A stretch of 63,245 nucleotides of DNA, filler included, from Candidatus Zapsychrus exili (GTDB lineage: Bacteria > Omnitrophota > Gorgyraeia > Zapsychrales > Zapsychraceae), in NCBI GenBank assembly GCA_030765585.1. It is 8 parts of 8 records of this genome, joined end to end, with 100 filler letters (N's around TTAATTAATTAA, not from the genome) between each part and the next. Parts side by side here need not be neighbours in the genome. Positions count along the whole stretch, not along the records: positions 1 to 16,610 come from JAVCCJ010000050.1; 7 more parts are not named here. One strand, written 5' to 3'. Both the position numbers and the translations under genes were made by a program. Below, in pieces: positions 1-10,746 of this stretch; within the stretch, counting starts at the first letter, position 1; each line of letters begins with the position of its first letter. The notes under the pieces are model-generated. The model made no database searches, was not told the DNA's origin, and saw only the letters and a program-made list of their open reading frames with translations.

Positions 1-870
1 AAAATAAAAAGCAATAAACATAAATAAAACAATAAAAGCTATAGCTAAGAAATAATGCGGATTTAAAATTGATATTGGCTTAGGCAAGACATATAGCGGA
101 CTAAGGAATAGGGGCAAGGCGAACTTCTTTATATAAAACGCTGCAGTAAACGGCAAAATAAGCAATGCCTGCGATACATCCTTACCGGGAATACGAGCAT
201 GCAAACTATAAGTGATCCAGACAATAGGGGCAATATAGATAAAGTGCGGTATTTTATCTAATAGAGCTTCTTTATTAAACTTTCTTTTTCTAAAGAAATC
301 TAATACAAAAAACACAAGCGGCAAGCTTAATGCCATTGGCTTAGATAAGATGCTCAATATACCAAACAATATAGAAAGAAGATAAGCGTCCCTCTTTCTA
401 TGATCTAAATATTTTAAATAGAAGATTAACGACAACATATAGAAACAAACATATAAAACATCTTTTCTTTCTGTAGCCCAAACAACCGACTCAACATGCA
501 TCGGATGAATACCAAACAAAAGAGCTGCAAAAAATGCAGCATAAATAGATAGCCCCAGCTGTTGTGCAAAATAAAAGATTAATGCGACTATAAATAAATG
601 AAACAAAAGATTTATCAAATGCGTTACAAACGAATTATATCCAAAGAAGTGATATTCTGTCGCCAAGGACAAAACGCTCAAAGGAACATATATTTGCTGT
701 ATTGTGCTACTAAAAATATTTTTTAAATTGTCTATGTCCAAAGATTGCACTTGTTTGTTATCAGTAATAACTTTGTTATCATCCCAGTTTGTATAATCAC
801 TATTTAAACTCGGATAGAAACACGCAAAAACAATAATTAAAATTAATGCTAAATAAATATACTTTTTCAT
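1..870 (-). CDS. GT-C-fold (PMT/TMTC-like) membrane glycosyltransferase, partial (runs off window start)
   Basis: Not in the ORF track. Manual translation from the ATG at 870 gives MKKYIYLALILIIVFACFYPSLNSDYTNWDDNKVI, the same TM1-WDD opening as the paralogues upstream on this strand. Confidence 0.8.
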   Translation of the reverse strand, partial: MKKYIYLALILIIVFACFYPSLNSDYTNWDDNKVITDNKQVQSLDIDNLKNIFSSTIQQIYVPLSVLSLATEYHFFGYNSFVTHLINLLFHLFIVALIFYFAQQLGLSIYAAFFAALLFGIHPMHVESVVWATERKDVLYVCFYMLSLIFYLKYLDHRKRDAYLLSILFGILSILSKPMALSLPLVFFVLDFFRKRKFNKEALLDKIPHFIYIAPIVWITYSLHARIPGKDVSQALLILPFTAAFYIKKFALPLFLSPLYVLPKPISILNPHYFLAIAFIVLFMFIAFYF

Positions 871-876
871 AAGTTA

Positions 877-2661
877 CTAGTTTCCTTTGACCTCAACATT
901 TAAACCTAAACTCTTAGCTCTATTATAATCTTCTTGGGCCTTCGCTTGTTCTCCCATAGCTTTATAAACCACTGCTCTATTTTGGTACAACATTATGTTC
1001 TGGGGTGTTATTTCTATAGCTTTGCTAAAATCAGATACAGCAAATTCAAAATTCTTAGTTAATGCAAAAATTAATCCTCTTTCAATATAAGCCTTTTCAT
1101 GTCTAGGCTTTATTTTTATTACCCTATTATAATCTTTTAAAGCCAACTCGTACTCTTTAAGTATTCCGTAAACTTTTGCTCTATTAAAATAAGCAGAATC
1201 ATACAAGGGCTCTACCCTTATAGATTTATTAAAATCTGCTAAAGCACTACTATATTCTTTTCTATGAAAAAAGCTTATGCCTCTATTATTATAAACAAGT
1301 GCGAACCTATCGTCTATATCAAGCGTCTTTGAAAAATCCGTTATAGCAAGGTCGTGTTGACCTTTGCCCTGATAAAAACTTCCTCTATTATTATAAGCCA
1401 TCCAACATTTAGGATTTTTTTTTATAATATCATTATAAAGCGTGAGTTTATTTTTATAAATCTCTGTCTGTCTTATTGAAAGAAAGATTAAGATTAAAAT
1501 CAGCAAAGGCAAAAATACTTTTTTAATACAATTGCATATATTCTTCTTCTCCAATAAAGACTCCAAAAAATATGCAACAAATATTATAGGCCCTAATATT
1601 GATAAATACTGAAAATGGTCTGCCACAAAAGAAAACCGCATAGGATATATGTTAAAAAAGCCTAACGCTGGAAAAAGCGTTATGATAAAAAACAAAACTA
1701 AGACTAAAGGTCCACGACCTACTTTGTCTTTTAAAATCCACGGAACACCAATCAAATCTATTATAAAAAGTGTATATAGATACTGCCACCAAACATGTGT
1801 GTCAATTACCCATCTAGAATAAATAAACGAAAGATTAAATGGCCATATAGCTTTTCCTAAGTAAAACCATATTGCTCTGCCTGCTATCAAACATCTTTCT
1901 ATAAAAGAAAAACTCCAATCACTTATATCTGCGCCAACAACAAATCCATTTTCTGCAATTAGCGTGATTAATCCTGTAATAATGGCTGCTATAAAAAATG
2001 GCGACAAAAGAACAATATCTTTAAAGGTAACCTTATTACTTCTCCACCAAAGTATCAATAGAATCACTATTGGCATCGAACAGGCTATTGTTTTACTAAA
2101 CAATGCATAAATAAATAAAACCAAAGACAATAAATATAGCAAAAACTTATTCTTTTTAGCGTCATAACTTAACAAGTACATTAAACAAGAGAACAAATAA
2201 AAAAATACATAAAGAACATTCTTAAGCTCCATAATCCACGCAACAGACTCAACACAAACTGGATGAACAGCAAAAATTAAAGAAGCTAAAAATGAACCTT
2301 TAACCTTAAGATATCTTAATATAAGCCAAACTAAGATAGCATTTAATGCGTGCAAAATTACACTAGCTAAATGAAAAGCGAACAACTTCAAACCAAATAA
2401 CTGTTTAATAATCCAAAATAAGCTAAATGTTGCAGGATAGTGCTGGTCAGTTGCAGCAGGCTCTGTCCAAATCTTAATTAATCCGCCAAAACTATTTAAA
2501 AGATGATTGTTTTGAACATAGCGATCATCATCCCAAATAAAATCTCCAGATAATGATTTAAAATAAACAAGCAATACTGCTAGCGCAATTATACCAATTT
2601 TAATAAAAACTTCTTTATTGGACGCCAGCAATATTCTTAAGTTTTTTAATAATTTTCTCAT
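877..2661 (-). CDS. TMTC-like GT-C glycosyltransferase with C-terminal TPR repeats
   Basis: WDD motif after TM1, HPVCVESVAWIMELKN motif, many TM helices, C-terminal AYNNRG-type TPRs. Confidence 0.85.
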   Translation of the reverse strand: MRKLLKNLRILLASNKEVFIKIGIIALAVLLVYFKSLSGDFIWDDDRYVQNNHLLNSFGGLIKIWTEPAATDQHYPATFSLFWIIKQLFGLKLFAFHLASVILHALNAILVWLILRYLKVKGSFLASLIFAVHPVCVESVAWIMELKNVLYVFFYLFSCLMYLLSYDAKKNKFLLYLLSLVLFIYALFSKTIACSMPIVILLILWWRSNKVTFKDIVLLSPFFIAAIITGLITLIAENGFVVGADISDWSFSFIERCLIAGRAIWFYLGKAIWPFNLSFIYSRWVIDTHVWWQYLYTLFIIDLIGVPWILKDKVGRGPLVLVLFFIITLFPALGFFNIYPMRFSFVADHFQYLSILGPIIFVAYFLESLLEKKNICNCIKKVFLPLLILILIFLSIRQTEIYKNKLTLYNDIIKKNPKCWMAYNNRGSFYQGKGQHDLAITDFSKTLDIDDRFALVYNNRGISFFHRKEYSSALADFNKSIRVEPLYDSAYFNRAKVYGILKEYELALKDYNRVIKIKPRHEKAYIERGLIFALTKNFEFAVSDFSKAIEITPQNIMLYQNRAVVYKAMGEQAKAQEDYNRAKSLGLNVEVKGN

Positions 2662-4408
2662 CTACTTTCTTGCCTAAACTTTTTGCTTTCAATATATCGC
2701 CAAGGGCCTTGTCATACTCTTTTTTTTGCAAATAAACCAATCCTCTATTATTGAAAGCCTGACTTAACTTTGGATCAAGTTCAACTGCACGACTAAAATC
2801 AGAAACTGCCTGATCATACTTACCCTGATAATAGAAAGACATTCCTCTGTTATTAAAAGTCTTTGCTGAATTGAAATTTAAATCTATCGCTTTATTAAAA
2901 TCTTCTATTGCAAGGCCATATTCCCCTCTTGATTGATATATCATTCCTCTATTATTTAATGCAATATCGTAATCTGGTTTTATTAACAATGCTTTGTTAT
3001 AGTCAGCTAATGCCTTATCAATCTTAGACATTTTATAATAAGCTTGAGCCCTTTTGCTAAACACTAAATAATTTTGTTTTTTATTCAACATTTCATCAAA
3101 ATCAGATAATAGCATCTCTTTCTCGGTCTTTTTGTAATAGACATAAGAACCAGCAAGCTCATTCCACGGAGTTTCATTCAATGGATTTATTTCTATCCAA
3201 TAATAAGAATACTTGATCCTTTCTTTCCAAACTTCATTACCTGTTCTTGTCATAAATACCAATAGAGCAACCATCATTATAATAATTACGTTCCAAGCCC
3301 TTTTATCAATTTTATTTTTAATATATATAAGAAAACTTGCTACTAAGAGAAAGAATCCTATTGAATTAAACAAAAACCAATGAGGCTCAATAACTGCTGT
3401 TCGGGTTGCAGCAGTATATGTAAAACTTGCAAAATAGACAGGAATAAGCCCTATAAGAAATAAAGCCAAATAAAATGACTTTTTGCTTCTTTTCCACCTG
3501 AAGAAAGCAAATAAAACAGAACCAATACTAGCTAAAAGCAATAAAATGTTTATCGGCCCTAAAGATGACTTTATTTCTTCGCACCACAGAAATAATATAT
3601 CTTTTGGAAAAATAAGCTTAGAAAAATACCATCCTAAAAGCTTAATAGATGTATACAAATAATTTTGGATTGGAATCCCTATGCGAAGAACATTATCAAT
3701 TTTTACAGCATCTGAAATATTAAAACGTATCAAAAGGTAAGCAGCAAAGGGAACTAAAAATGGAAGAACCGACAATAGGCTTTTCTTAAAACTAAATCGA
3801 TTAATAAAATACAATACAATCAATAGACACAAAGGAAAAATAAAATTTATTTCATGAGACAAAAGCGATAAAAAATAAAACAACAAACTTAAGAAAAGAA
3901 ACGTAATGTTTCGCTTCTCAATATATTTTAGAAAAGACAGCAGTCCTCCCTGCACCAATAAAATCGAAAAAGACAGATAGCTTGCTGTCTTATAATTTAT
4001 AAGAAAATTATTAATCGGATGAACAGCGTAAAAAATACTGGATAATAGCGCGAGTTCATAACTTCCAGTCAATTTATTTAGAATTACAAAAAAGAATAAA
4101 CAAAGGAAGGTAAATAAAACAAGATTGACAACATGATACGGATAAGGATTGTCCGCGAATAAAATCCGCTCTGACCTTAAAATTAAGAAACATACCGGAC
4201 GATAGAACTTCTTAAATCCTTTAAAGAATATATCCGATAACGATACGTCTGCAATGTTAGGATGATCAAGAAAATATTTATGATCGTCCATCATAAACTC
4301 ATTATTTAATGCATTGCTATAGCAAATAACTAACAGCAATATAAACACAACTATTACTAAAATAGAAAGTTTTTTTGTAAAGAGATCTTTTGTTCGAGAA
4401 ATCAACAT
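2615..4408 (-). CDS. TMTC-like GT-C glycosyltransferase with TPR repeats
   Basis: MDD motif, YRP, HPIN, TM helices, C-terminal TPRs. Confidence 0.82.
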   Translation of the reverse strand: MLISRTKDLFTKKLSILVIVVFILLLVICYSNALNNEFMMDDHKYFLDHPNIADVSLSDIFFKGFKKFYRPVCFLILRSERILFADNPYPYHVVNLVLFTFLCLFFFVILNKLTGSYELALLSSIFYAVHPINNFLINYKTASYLSFSILLVQGGLLSFLKYIEKRNITFLFLSLLFYFLSLLSHEINFIFPLCLLIVLYFINRFSFKKSLLSVLPFLVPFAAYLLIRFNISDAVKIDNVLRIGIPIQNYLYTSIKLLGWYFSKLIFPKDILFLWCEEIKSSLGPINILLLLASIGSVLFAFFRWKRSKKSFYLALFLIGLIPVYFASFTYTAATRTAVIEPHWFLFNSIGFFLLVASFLIYIKNKIDKRAWNVIIIMMVALLVFMTRTGNEVWKERIKYSYYWIEINPLNETPWNELAGSYVYYKKTEKEMLLSDFDEMLNKKQNYLVFSKRAQAYYKMSKIDKALADYNKALLIKPDYDIALNNRGMIYQSRGEYGLAIEDFNKAIDLNFNSAKTFNNRGMSFYYQGKYDQAVSDFSRAVELDPKLSQAFNNRGLVYLQKKEYDKALGDILKAKSLGKKVDEKIIKKLKNIAGVQ

Positions 4409-4420
4409 AAAAGCTGGTCT

Positions 4421-6766
4421 TTATTCATTTATTTTATTTCTTATGACGTCTATTACTTTATCGCTGACTGGATATTTTAAGGATTTTGCCTTAATTAAAT
4501 CATCATATGACTTTTTATATTTCTCTAGCGACCCATATGCCATAGCTCTGTTGTAATAGACTAAACCTATTTCAGGGTTAAGCTCAAGCGACTTATTAAA
4601 ATCCGAAATTGCCAAATCATATTTACGCAACTTCCTATAAATATTACCTCGATTATTATACGCCTGCATATGTTCTGGATAAATTTCTAACGCTCTGGTG
4701 TAATCTTTTATAGCTTTATCGTATTCTTTAAACGCGCTGTAAACATTCGCTCTATTATAATAAATGTCCACATGCTCTGGATTGATTCTTTCTGCAACAT
4801 TAAAATCTGATAAAGCCTTTTCGTAAAATCCTTTATGAAAATATAAACCACCTCTATTCATATACGCCTTGAAATGTTGATCATCTGCCATTATTACTTT
4901 TCCGTAAGACTCAATAGCGCGATCAAGCTCTCCTTTTTTCTCAAAGATTTCTCCGGTCAAATAATGCGCATTAACATAAAAAGGCTTAAGCATTAAAGCT
5001 CTATTTAAATCTATTAACGCTAAATCCTCTTTATTTCGCTTTCTATAAATAAGCGCTCTATTATGATATCCTTCAGCCAAAGAAGAATTCATAACAATTG
5101 CCTTGTTTATGTCTTCTAAAGCTTGCGGCAAATCATTTTTTAAAATATTTACAAAAGCTCTATTATTATATCCAGTATCTAATTCAGGATTAACTTCTAT
5201 TGCCTTTGTAAAATCCTCTATTGCTTTGTCATATTTGCCCTGTTTCGCATAAACATTACCCCTATTATTAACCGCTTCCTCTGACTTTCCTTCTATCTCT
5301 AAAGCATCATTGAAATCTGAAATCGCCAAATCATATTCTCCTGTAGCAGAATAAATAAGCCCCCTGTTATTTCTTCCCATAAAAGACTTTGGATTAAGCT
5401 CGAGCGCCTTATTACAATTGATAAGCGCTTGCTCGTGTTTACCCTCTTTAAATTGTGCTCCGCATAAATTTATATATGTTCTTGCTTTGTTAGGCGCTTT
5501 TTTAACAGCGTCCTCCCACAAGAGCACATCAGAGTCCCATACTTTATTTCTCTGATATGTAAGAGCTGATAATATCAAAACTATAGAAATAATGACAGCA
5601 AATGCTCTTTTATAATCCTTTGTGATTTTATAAATTAAGGCAGGTATAAGAATACAGAATCCTACAGAAGGCAAATAGAGCCTGTGCTCAAATATAACGT
5701 GACGAATTAAGATAAAACTCGATTCAACAGAAAGCGTTAAGAAAAACCAAAATATCGTAAATGAAAATAATCTATTCTTTCGATAAAGTTTTACAGCTAT
5801 AGATAGTAATAGCAAAAGGAATAAAAAGCTTAGCATTGTGCTTGTTTCAAACAAGCTTTTTGATGCTGGAAAATCATAATCCAAGGTTTGATTGACAGGT
5901 AAGAACAAAAGTCTTACATATGTAGTGATTACTCTAAACTGTGTAATAAAATATTGCCAAGTATTTATATAATCTCCATCATGCGACCCCGAAACAGACT
6001 CTGCAAAAAGTATATTCTTTGCCTTAAAATAAAATTGAGCTGGAACAACCAAAACAAAAAGGAAAATAAATAACAAAAGAACCGCTGTGACCTTTTTGTT
6101 ATTTTTTAAATTAAGCCCTTCTGGATAAATAAAGAAAAATTCAATAAGTAAGATAGAAAAAGGCAAAGTAAAAGAAATTTCTTTGGTAAACATCGAACAT
6201 AACGCAAAGACTGCGGACAAAAGAAACGGCACGACCAAACTCTTGCCCCTGTTTCCTTCTACCATTTTAAGCCTTGCCTTTATATAAAAACAAAGAGATG
6301 CCAAGTAGAACAATGTGGCAAGCGATGCAAAGCGCTGACAAACATAGGTTACTGCTTCTGTTTGAATCGGATGCGATACAAATAAAAGTGCCGCAAGAAA
6401 CGCAAATAATCCTTTTTTATCCCCGATGTCTTTAAAATCTAACTTTGGAGTTGATAAAATAAGCTTAGAAAACCAAAAGACAAATAAAGACGCTATTAAA
6501 TGTATTATTAAATTAAAGACATGGTATCCAAAAACATTTAATTTATTAAAATGATAATTCAACGCAAAGGAAAGAAAACCAATCACACGCGATGGCTTAC
6601 CCCATCTGCTGCTTACAACAGTAGAAAAGCTTCTTATATCAGGGTTCTTTATAATAAAACCGCGATCATCAAACTGAAAAGGATTATCAAATGTATTTGA
6701 ATAAATTAAAACACCTAACAAACAAATGATAATTATAGGAAGTATTTTATAGATTACATTTTTCAT
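4421..6766 (-). CDS. TMTC-like GT-C glycosyltransferase with long TPR array
   Basis: FDD motif, HPIQTEAVTYVCQR, EHRLYLPS, about 10 TPRs. Confidence 0.87.
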   Translation of the reverse strand: MKNVIYKILPIIIICLLGVLIYSNTFDNPFQFDDRGFIIKNPDIRSFSTVVSSRWGKPSRVIGFLSFALNYHFNKLNVFGYHVFNLIIHLIASLFVFWFSKLILSTPKLDFKDIGDKKGLFAFLAALLFVSHPIQTEAVTYVCQRFASLATLFYLASLCFYIKARLKMVEGNRGKSLVVPFLLSAVFALCSMFTKEISFTLPFSILLIEFFFIYPEGLNLKNNKKVTAVLLLFIFLFVLVVPAQFYFKAKNILFAESVSGSHDGDYINTWQYFITQFRVITTYVRLLFLPVNQTLDYDFPASKSLFETSTMLSFLFLLLLLSIAVKLYRKNRLFSFTIFWFFLTLSVESSFILIRHVIFEHRLYLPSVGFCILIPALIYKITKDYKRAFAVIISIVLILSALTYQRNKVWDSDVLLWEDAVKKAPNKARTYINLCGAQFKEGKHEQALINCNKALELNPKSFMGRNNRGLIYSATGEYDLAISDFNDALEIEGKSEEAVNNRGNVYAKQGKYDKAIEDFTKAIEVNPELDTGYNNRAFVNILKNDLPQALEDINKAIVMNSSLAEGYHNRALIYRKRNKEDLALIDLNRALMLKPFYVNAHYLTGEIFEKKGELDRAIESYGKVIMADDQHFKAYMNRGGLYFHKGFYEKALSDFNVAERINPEHVDIYYNRANVYSAFKEYDKAIKDYTRALEIYPEHMQAYNNRGNIYRKLRKYDLAISDFNKSLELNPEIGLVYYNRAMAYGSLEKYKKSYDDLIKAKSLKYPVSDKVIDVIRNKINE

Positions 6767-6827
6767 ATTAATTAATAAAATTAGCTACATCAAAATATGC
6801 AGGTAAGTGAAAAGGTTAAATTCTATA

Positions 6828-8210
6828 TTAGTGAAATATAGGGAAAAACAAAATTGCTAAATAAGCAATGACCATAGAAATGATACCGATAGTAGCTCCT
6901 ATCTTAAGCCAATAGCGGAATGTTACTTTGATATTTCTTTCTTTTTCCAACAACCCCAAAGCAACTATGTTGGCGGTCGAACCAATCATACTGATATTTC
7001 CTCCGTAACAAGCACCAAAAAGAAGTGCCCACCATAAAGGTTTTAGATTGATATGAAGCTCCGTCATGCTTTGAATAATAGGAACATAAGATGCAACGGT
7101 AACTACATTGTCCAGTCCACTTGATAAAAATCCACTTGAAAATAAAACCACGCCAGGTAAAACCTTAGGAGATGTCCCTACGACATCAATCAACTTAACG
7201 GCTAAGAAATCAGCTATACCTGATGCGCGAATTACACCAGCTTGAGCAAAAAGGAACATAAAAAATAATAGCGACGGCCATTCTACCTCATGCTCTATAT
7301 AATGTCTTGCCTTATCGTGTCTATATAGCATTACAATACCTGCAGAAATTACAGGTATCATTATCAAAAGAGTATTTTGTTCAAGACTTAAAAGCGACTC
7401 TATTCTTTTGTGAGCTGCCATAAGACAAATGGTGCCACCAAATATCAACAAACTTATTTTTGTTCTAAAATCTGGCGGAACAGAAATTAAATAGAGAAAG
7501 CTTTTGTCTTCCTGAAAAGGCTTTAATTTTTCGTTTAATTCTGAAATATATTTGCGATACCAAAAACATAAAATAAAAATAGCTACAAGCAACACCACCA
7601 TAGATAGAGGAAATGCATGTGTAATAAAATCTTCAAAAGAAAGCTTACTTCTTGCTGCTATTAATACTCCAACAGGATTTCCTAAAACTGTTGAAGCAGA
7701 TCCTATGTTGGTTGCAATAACAGAAGAAATGACAAACGGTAGAGGTTCTATTTCAAGAAAGTCACAAATATTTAAAATGACCATTGTCATAATTATGATA
7801 GAAGTCACCTCATCCATTAAACCAGAAAATAGAGCTGAACTTACCATAATTATAACAAACATCTTTTTTCCTGTTAAATTCTTTACTCTTAAAACAAGGG
7901 TTATAAGCCAAGTAAAGAAACCTGCTTCCTTCATCATACCAACAATAATCATCATTGAAACCAGAAAAAGAATAACATCTAAAGACGCATAGGTTATAAA
8001 AGACTCCATATCAACTGCGCCTAGCAAAAAGAACAAACCACTTCCAATAAAAACAAAACTAAGTCTAAAATCCCAGAAAAACAATGTTCCAGTAATAGAC
8101 ATAGAAAATATTCCTATAATCAAAGCTTGTTTTGGAGTAAATCCAATAGAAAATCCAAGAAAGCCAACACAAAGAGCAATACAGAATAAGAATATAAGTT
8201 TTAATTTCAT
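6828..8210 (-). CDS. ArsB/NhaD (CitMHS/SLC13-like) ion transporter
   Basis: TNIGSASTVLGNP and GGNISMIGSTANIV motifs; about 12 TM helices. Confidence 0.85.
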   Translation of the reverse strand: MKLKLIFLFCIALCVGFLGFSIGFTPKQALIIGIFSMSITGTLFFWDFRLSFVFIGSGLFFLLGAVDMESFITYASLDVILFLVSMMIIVGMMKEAGFFTWLITLVLRVKNLTGKKMFVIIMVSSALFSGLMDEVTSIIIMTMVILNICDFLEIEPLPFVISSVIATNIGSASTVLGNPVGVLIAARSKLSFEDFITHAFPLSMVVLLVAIFILCFWYRKYISELNEKLKPFQEDKSFLYLISVPPDFRTKISLLIFGGTICLMAAHKRIESLLSLEQNTLLIMIPVISAGIVMLYRHDKARHYIEHEVEWPSLLFFMFLFAQAGVIRASGIADFLAVKLIDVVGTSPKVLPGVVLFSSGFLSSGLDNVVTVASYVPIIQSMTELHINLKPLWWALLFGACYGGNISMIGSTANIVALGLLEKERNIKVTFRYWLKIGATIGIISMVIAYLAILFFPIFH

Positions 8211-8327
8211 TAAATTATATAATTAATATAAATTAGATTAATATTAGTATATAAGCAGATTACAACAGAAAAGATTGCATGTCGAACAAGAACTGAAAAA
8301 ATTTAACATAAGCATAAAATGCCTATA

Positions 8328-9179
8328 TTAATCAAAAACAACAGTTTTATTATTATAGGAAAGTATTTTTCTTTGCAGATGCCAACGTACAGCGCGGCTT
8401 AATACCATTTTCTCAAGATCCTCTCCAATTCTAACCAAATCTTCTAAAGAGTCTCTGTGGCTCACACGAGCTGTGCTCTGTTCTATTATAGGACCCTGAT
8501 CCAGCTCTTCAGTGACATAATGACTGGTTGCGCCAATCAACTTAACGCCCTTTTGATATGCTTGATCATAAGGATTCTTGCCAACAAAAGCTGGCAAAAA
8601 CGAATGATGAATATTTATAATCTTCTTTTTATATTCGTCTACTAGACTTTTAGTAAATATCTGGTGATATCTAGCTAAAACAATTAAATCTATATTTTCA
8701 TTCTTTAAAATTTGTAACTCTTTTTGCTCTTGTTCTTCTTTATTCTCTTTTGTAATAGGAACCTCAGAAAACTTAATACCAAACTCATCAGCTACAACCT
8801 TTGCATCTATATGATTACTTACAATCAAAGGTATGTTACAATTAAATTGTCCTGCTTTATATCTTAATAAGAGATCATAAAGACAGTGCAGCTGTTTTGA
8901 GGCAAAAATCGCCACATTTGGAGTTTCATCAGTGAAATGTAACTCAAAGTCCATCTTAAATTTTTCGACTATAGACTTAAATGCATTTTCTATGTCCACT
9001 CTTTCTAGCGCAAAACCTTCTAAAGACCACTCAATGCGCATAAAGAAAGTATCTGTCTGTTGATCCGTATGTTGATCAGCATGCAGAATATTTCCATAAT
9101 TTTTATAAACAAAATCTGTAACAGCTGCTGTTATACCCTTATTATCAGGGCAAGAAACAAGTAATACTGCATCGGTCAT
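8328..9179 (-). CDS. purU: Formyltetrahydrofolate deformylase
   Basis: N-terminal ACT domain (SCPDNKGI), INIHHSFLPAF, GVKLIGATSHYVTEELDQGPIIEQ. Confidence 0.96.
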   Translation of the reverse strand: MTDAVLLVSCPDNKGITAAVTDFVYKNYGNILHADQHTDQQTDTFFMRIEWSLEGFALERVDIENAFKSIVEKFKMDFELHFTDETPNVAIFASKQLHCLYDLLLRYKAGQFNCNIPLIVSNHIDAKVVADEFGIKFSEVPITKENKEEQEQKELQILKNENIDLIVLARYHQIFTKSLVDEYKKKIINIHHSFLPAFVGKNPYDQAYQKGVKLIGATSHYVTEELDQGPIIEQSTARVSHRDSLEDLVRIGEDLEKMVLSRAVRWHLQRKILSYNNKTVVFD

Positions 9180-9193
9180 TTGTAAACTCCTCT

Positions 9194-10516
9194 TTAACTC
9201 TTATTAATGCTCTCCATAAATTCTACCACTCTTTTATCCAAAAGTATATGTTCGCGTCTAATTGGTCGCTTAAGCACCAGTCCATCAAAATTGCTACACC
9301 TACTTAATGCCACGTATGCTTGACCGTGCGCAAAAGTACCATAACCAATATCAACAATTACCTTAGAAAATGTTTTTCCCTGACTTTTATGAATAGTAAC
9401 CGCCCAAGCTAATTTCAAAGGATACTGTTTAAAAGAACCTACCGACTCTGACTCTATACTTTCAGTTTCATCATTATAAAAAAACTTAAACATCTCCCAG
9501 GTAAACGGCGCTACATCAATTATTTTACCATTCTCAAGTTCTACTTCAATTGTATCTGTAACTTTATCTGTTGATACAATTTTACCTATACTCCCATTAA
9601 TCCATCTTCCTTCATTATCGTTGTTTAAAAGCATTACCTGAGCACCAAGTTTTAAATCAAGATCTTCGTGCGTAGGAAGACTTCTTGTGTCAAATTTTCC
9701 AGTTACCTCTCCCTCATAAGAAAAAAGACTAGCATCTAAACTCTTTAAATATCTCTGATTAACTTGATCCGCCAAAGCATTAGTCGTAGTCAAATAAATA
9801 TAAAAGTCATCTTCACAGGACATAAAGCTTGGGTTAACTCTTTTATTAAGCTCTTTTAAATGTGATTCTGTCGCCGAACGATTGCGAATTGATCCCAACA
9901 GCCTAATAAAATCCTCTTCCTTTTGCCTGTATATTTTATCAAATTCAATAAATTCTAAATCCAAATCTTTATAAGACTTTGCATCAAAGAAATATGGACT
10001 TTTATATGCGCCATCAAACATCTCTCTGTCTCTATTGGTCACAACAGGTGGAAGCTGGTAGAGATCTCCAAAAAATACAACCTGTACTCCCCCAAAAGGT
10101 TCATCTTTAGACTTGCCATAAATTCTTAAGAAAGCATCAATACAATCAAAAAGATCTGCGCGGACCATTGATATCTCATCAATTATAAGACAGTCTATTT
10201 TTTCATAAATACGCCTGCTTGTTTGCCTCATTTTTATAAGCTTAACAGTTTCCGGAGTTATATCTGGTTTGAATCTAAAAAAAGAATGTATTGTCTGCCC
10301 CTCTACATTAACAGCAGCAACACCAGTAGGAGCTAATGCAACAACGTTTTTTAATGTATTTTCACGAAAACATTTAAGTAAAGTCGATTTACCTGTTCCA
10401 GCTTTACCTGTAATAAATACATTCTTACTTGTATTCTCTGCAGTATCATAGGCCTTAATAAACTGATCATTAAAGTCCAAATTGTAACGTGTCTTGAATT
10501 CTTTTGGGATTTTCAT
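9194..10516 (-). CDS. Pif1-family SF1B DNA helicase
   Basis: GKAGTGKS, APTGVAA, DEISMV, GDLYQLPPV, AVTIHKSQG, YVALSR. Start moved to MKIPK (10516) because the longer ORF start runs through a palindrome. Confidence 0.9.
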   Translation of the reverse strand: MKIPKEFKTRYNLDFNDQFIKAYDTAENTSKNVFITGKAGTGKSTLLKCFRENTLKNVVALAPTGVAAVNVEGQTIHSFFRFKPDITPETVKLIKMRQTSRRIYEKIDCLIIDEISMVRADLFDCIDAFLRIYGKSKDEPFGGVQVVFFGDLYQLPPVVTNRDREMFDGAYKSPYFFDAKSYKDLDLEFIEFDKIYRQKEEDFIRLLGSIRNRSATESHLKELNKRVNPSFMSCEDDFYIYLTTTNALADQVNQRYLKSLDASLFSYEGEVTGKFDTRSLPTHEDLDLKLGAQVMLLNNDNEGRWINGSIGKIVSTDKVTDTIEVELENGKIIDVAPFTWEMFKFFYNDETESIESESVGSFKQYPLKLAWAVTIHKSQGKTFSKVIVDIGYGTFAHGQAYVALSRCSNFDGLVLKRPIRREHILLDKRVVEFMESINKS

Positions 10517-10533
10517 TATTTCTTCTTTCGTAC

Positions 10534-10595
10534 AATGGGGACAGGCGGGAGATATGGAAACAGGTAAATACCCATATCTCCTGTCTGTCCCCATT
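10534..10595. repeat. 24-bp inverted repeat (REP-like hairpin)
   Basis: AATGGGGACAGGCGGGAGATATGG ... CCATATCTCCTGTCTGTCCCCATT with 2 mismatches. Confidence 0.75.
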
Positions 10596-10746
10596 ATTGT
10601 TAACTACAAAATTACTATTCTTGTATTCCCTATTGTCAACCCGAAAACAATATTAGGTTGACAATAAAGATAACCCTCGTCGCTAAATATTTATCAGAAA
10701 AATACCTGAATTCGGTCTGCGCGGACCGAATTAAATATTTGCCTAT

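Noticed and set aside
7552..7992. 146-aa plus-strand ORF and other antisense ORFs (e.g. 27403..27867, 61157..61645)
   Set aside because: Shadows of well-supported genes on the opposite strand with no motifs.
10517..10594. N-terminal extension of the Pif1 ORF with CPHC
   Set aside because: Read-through of a palindromic repeat.
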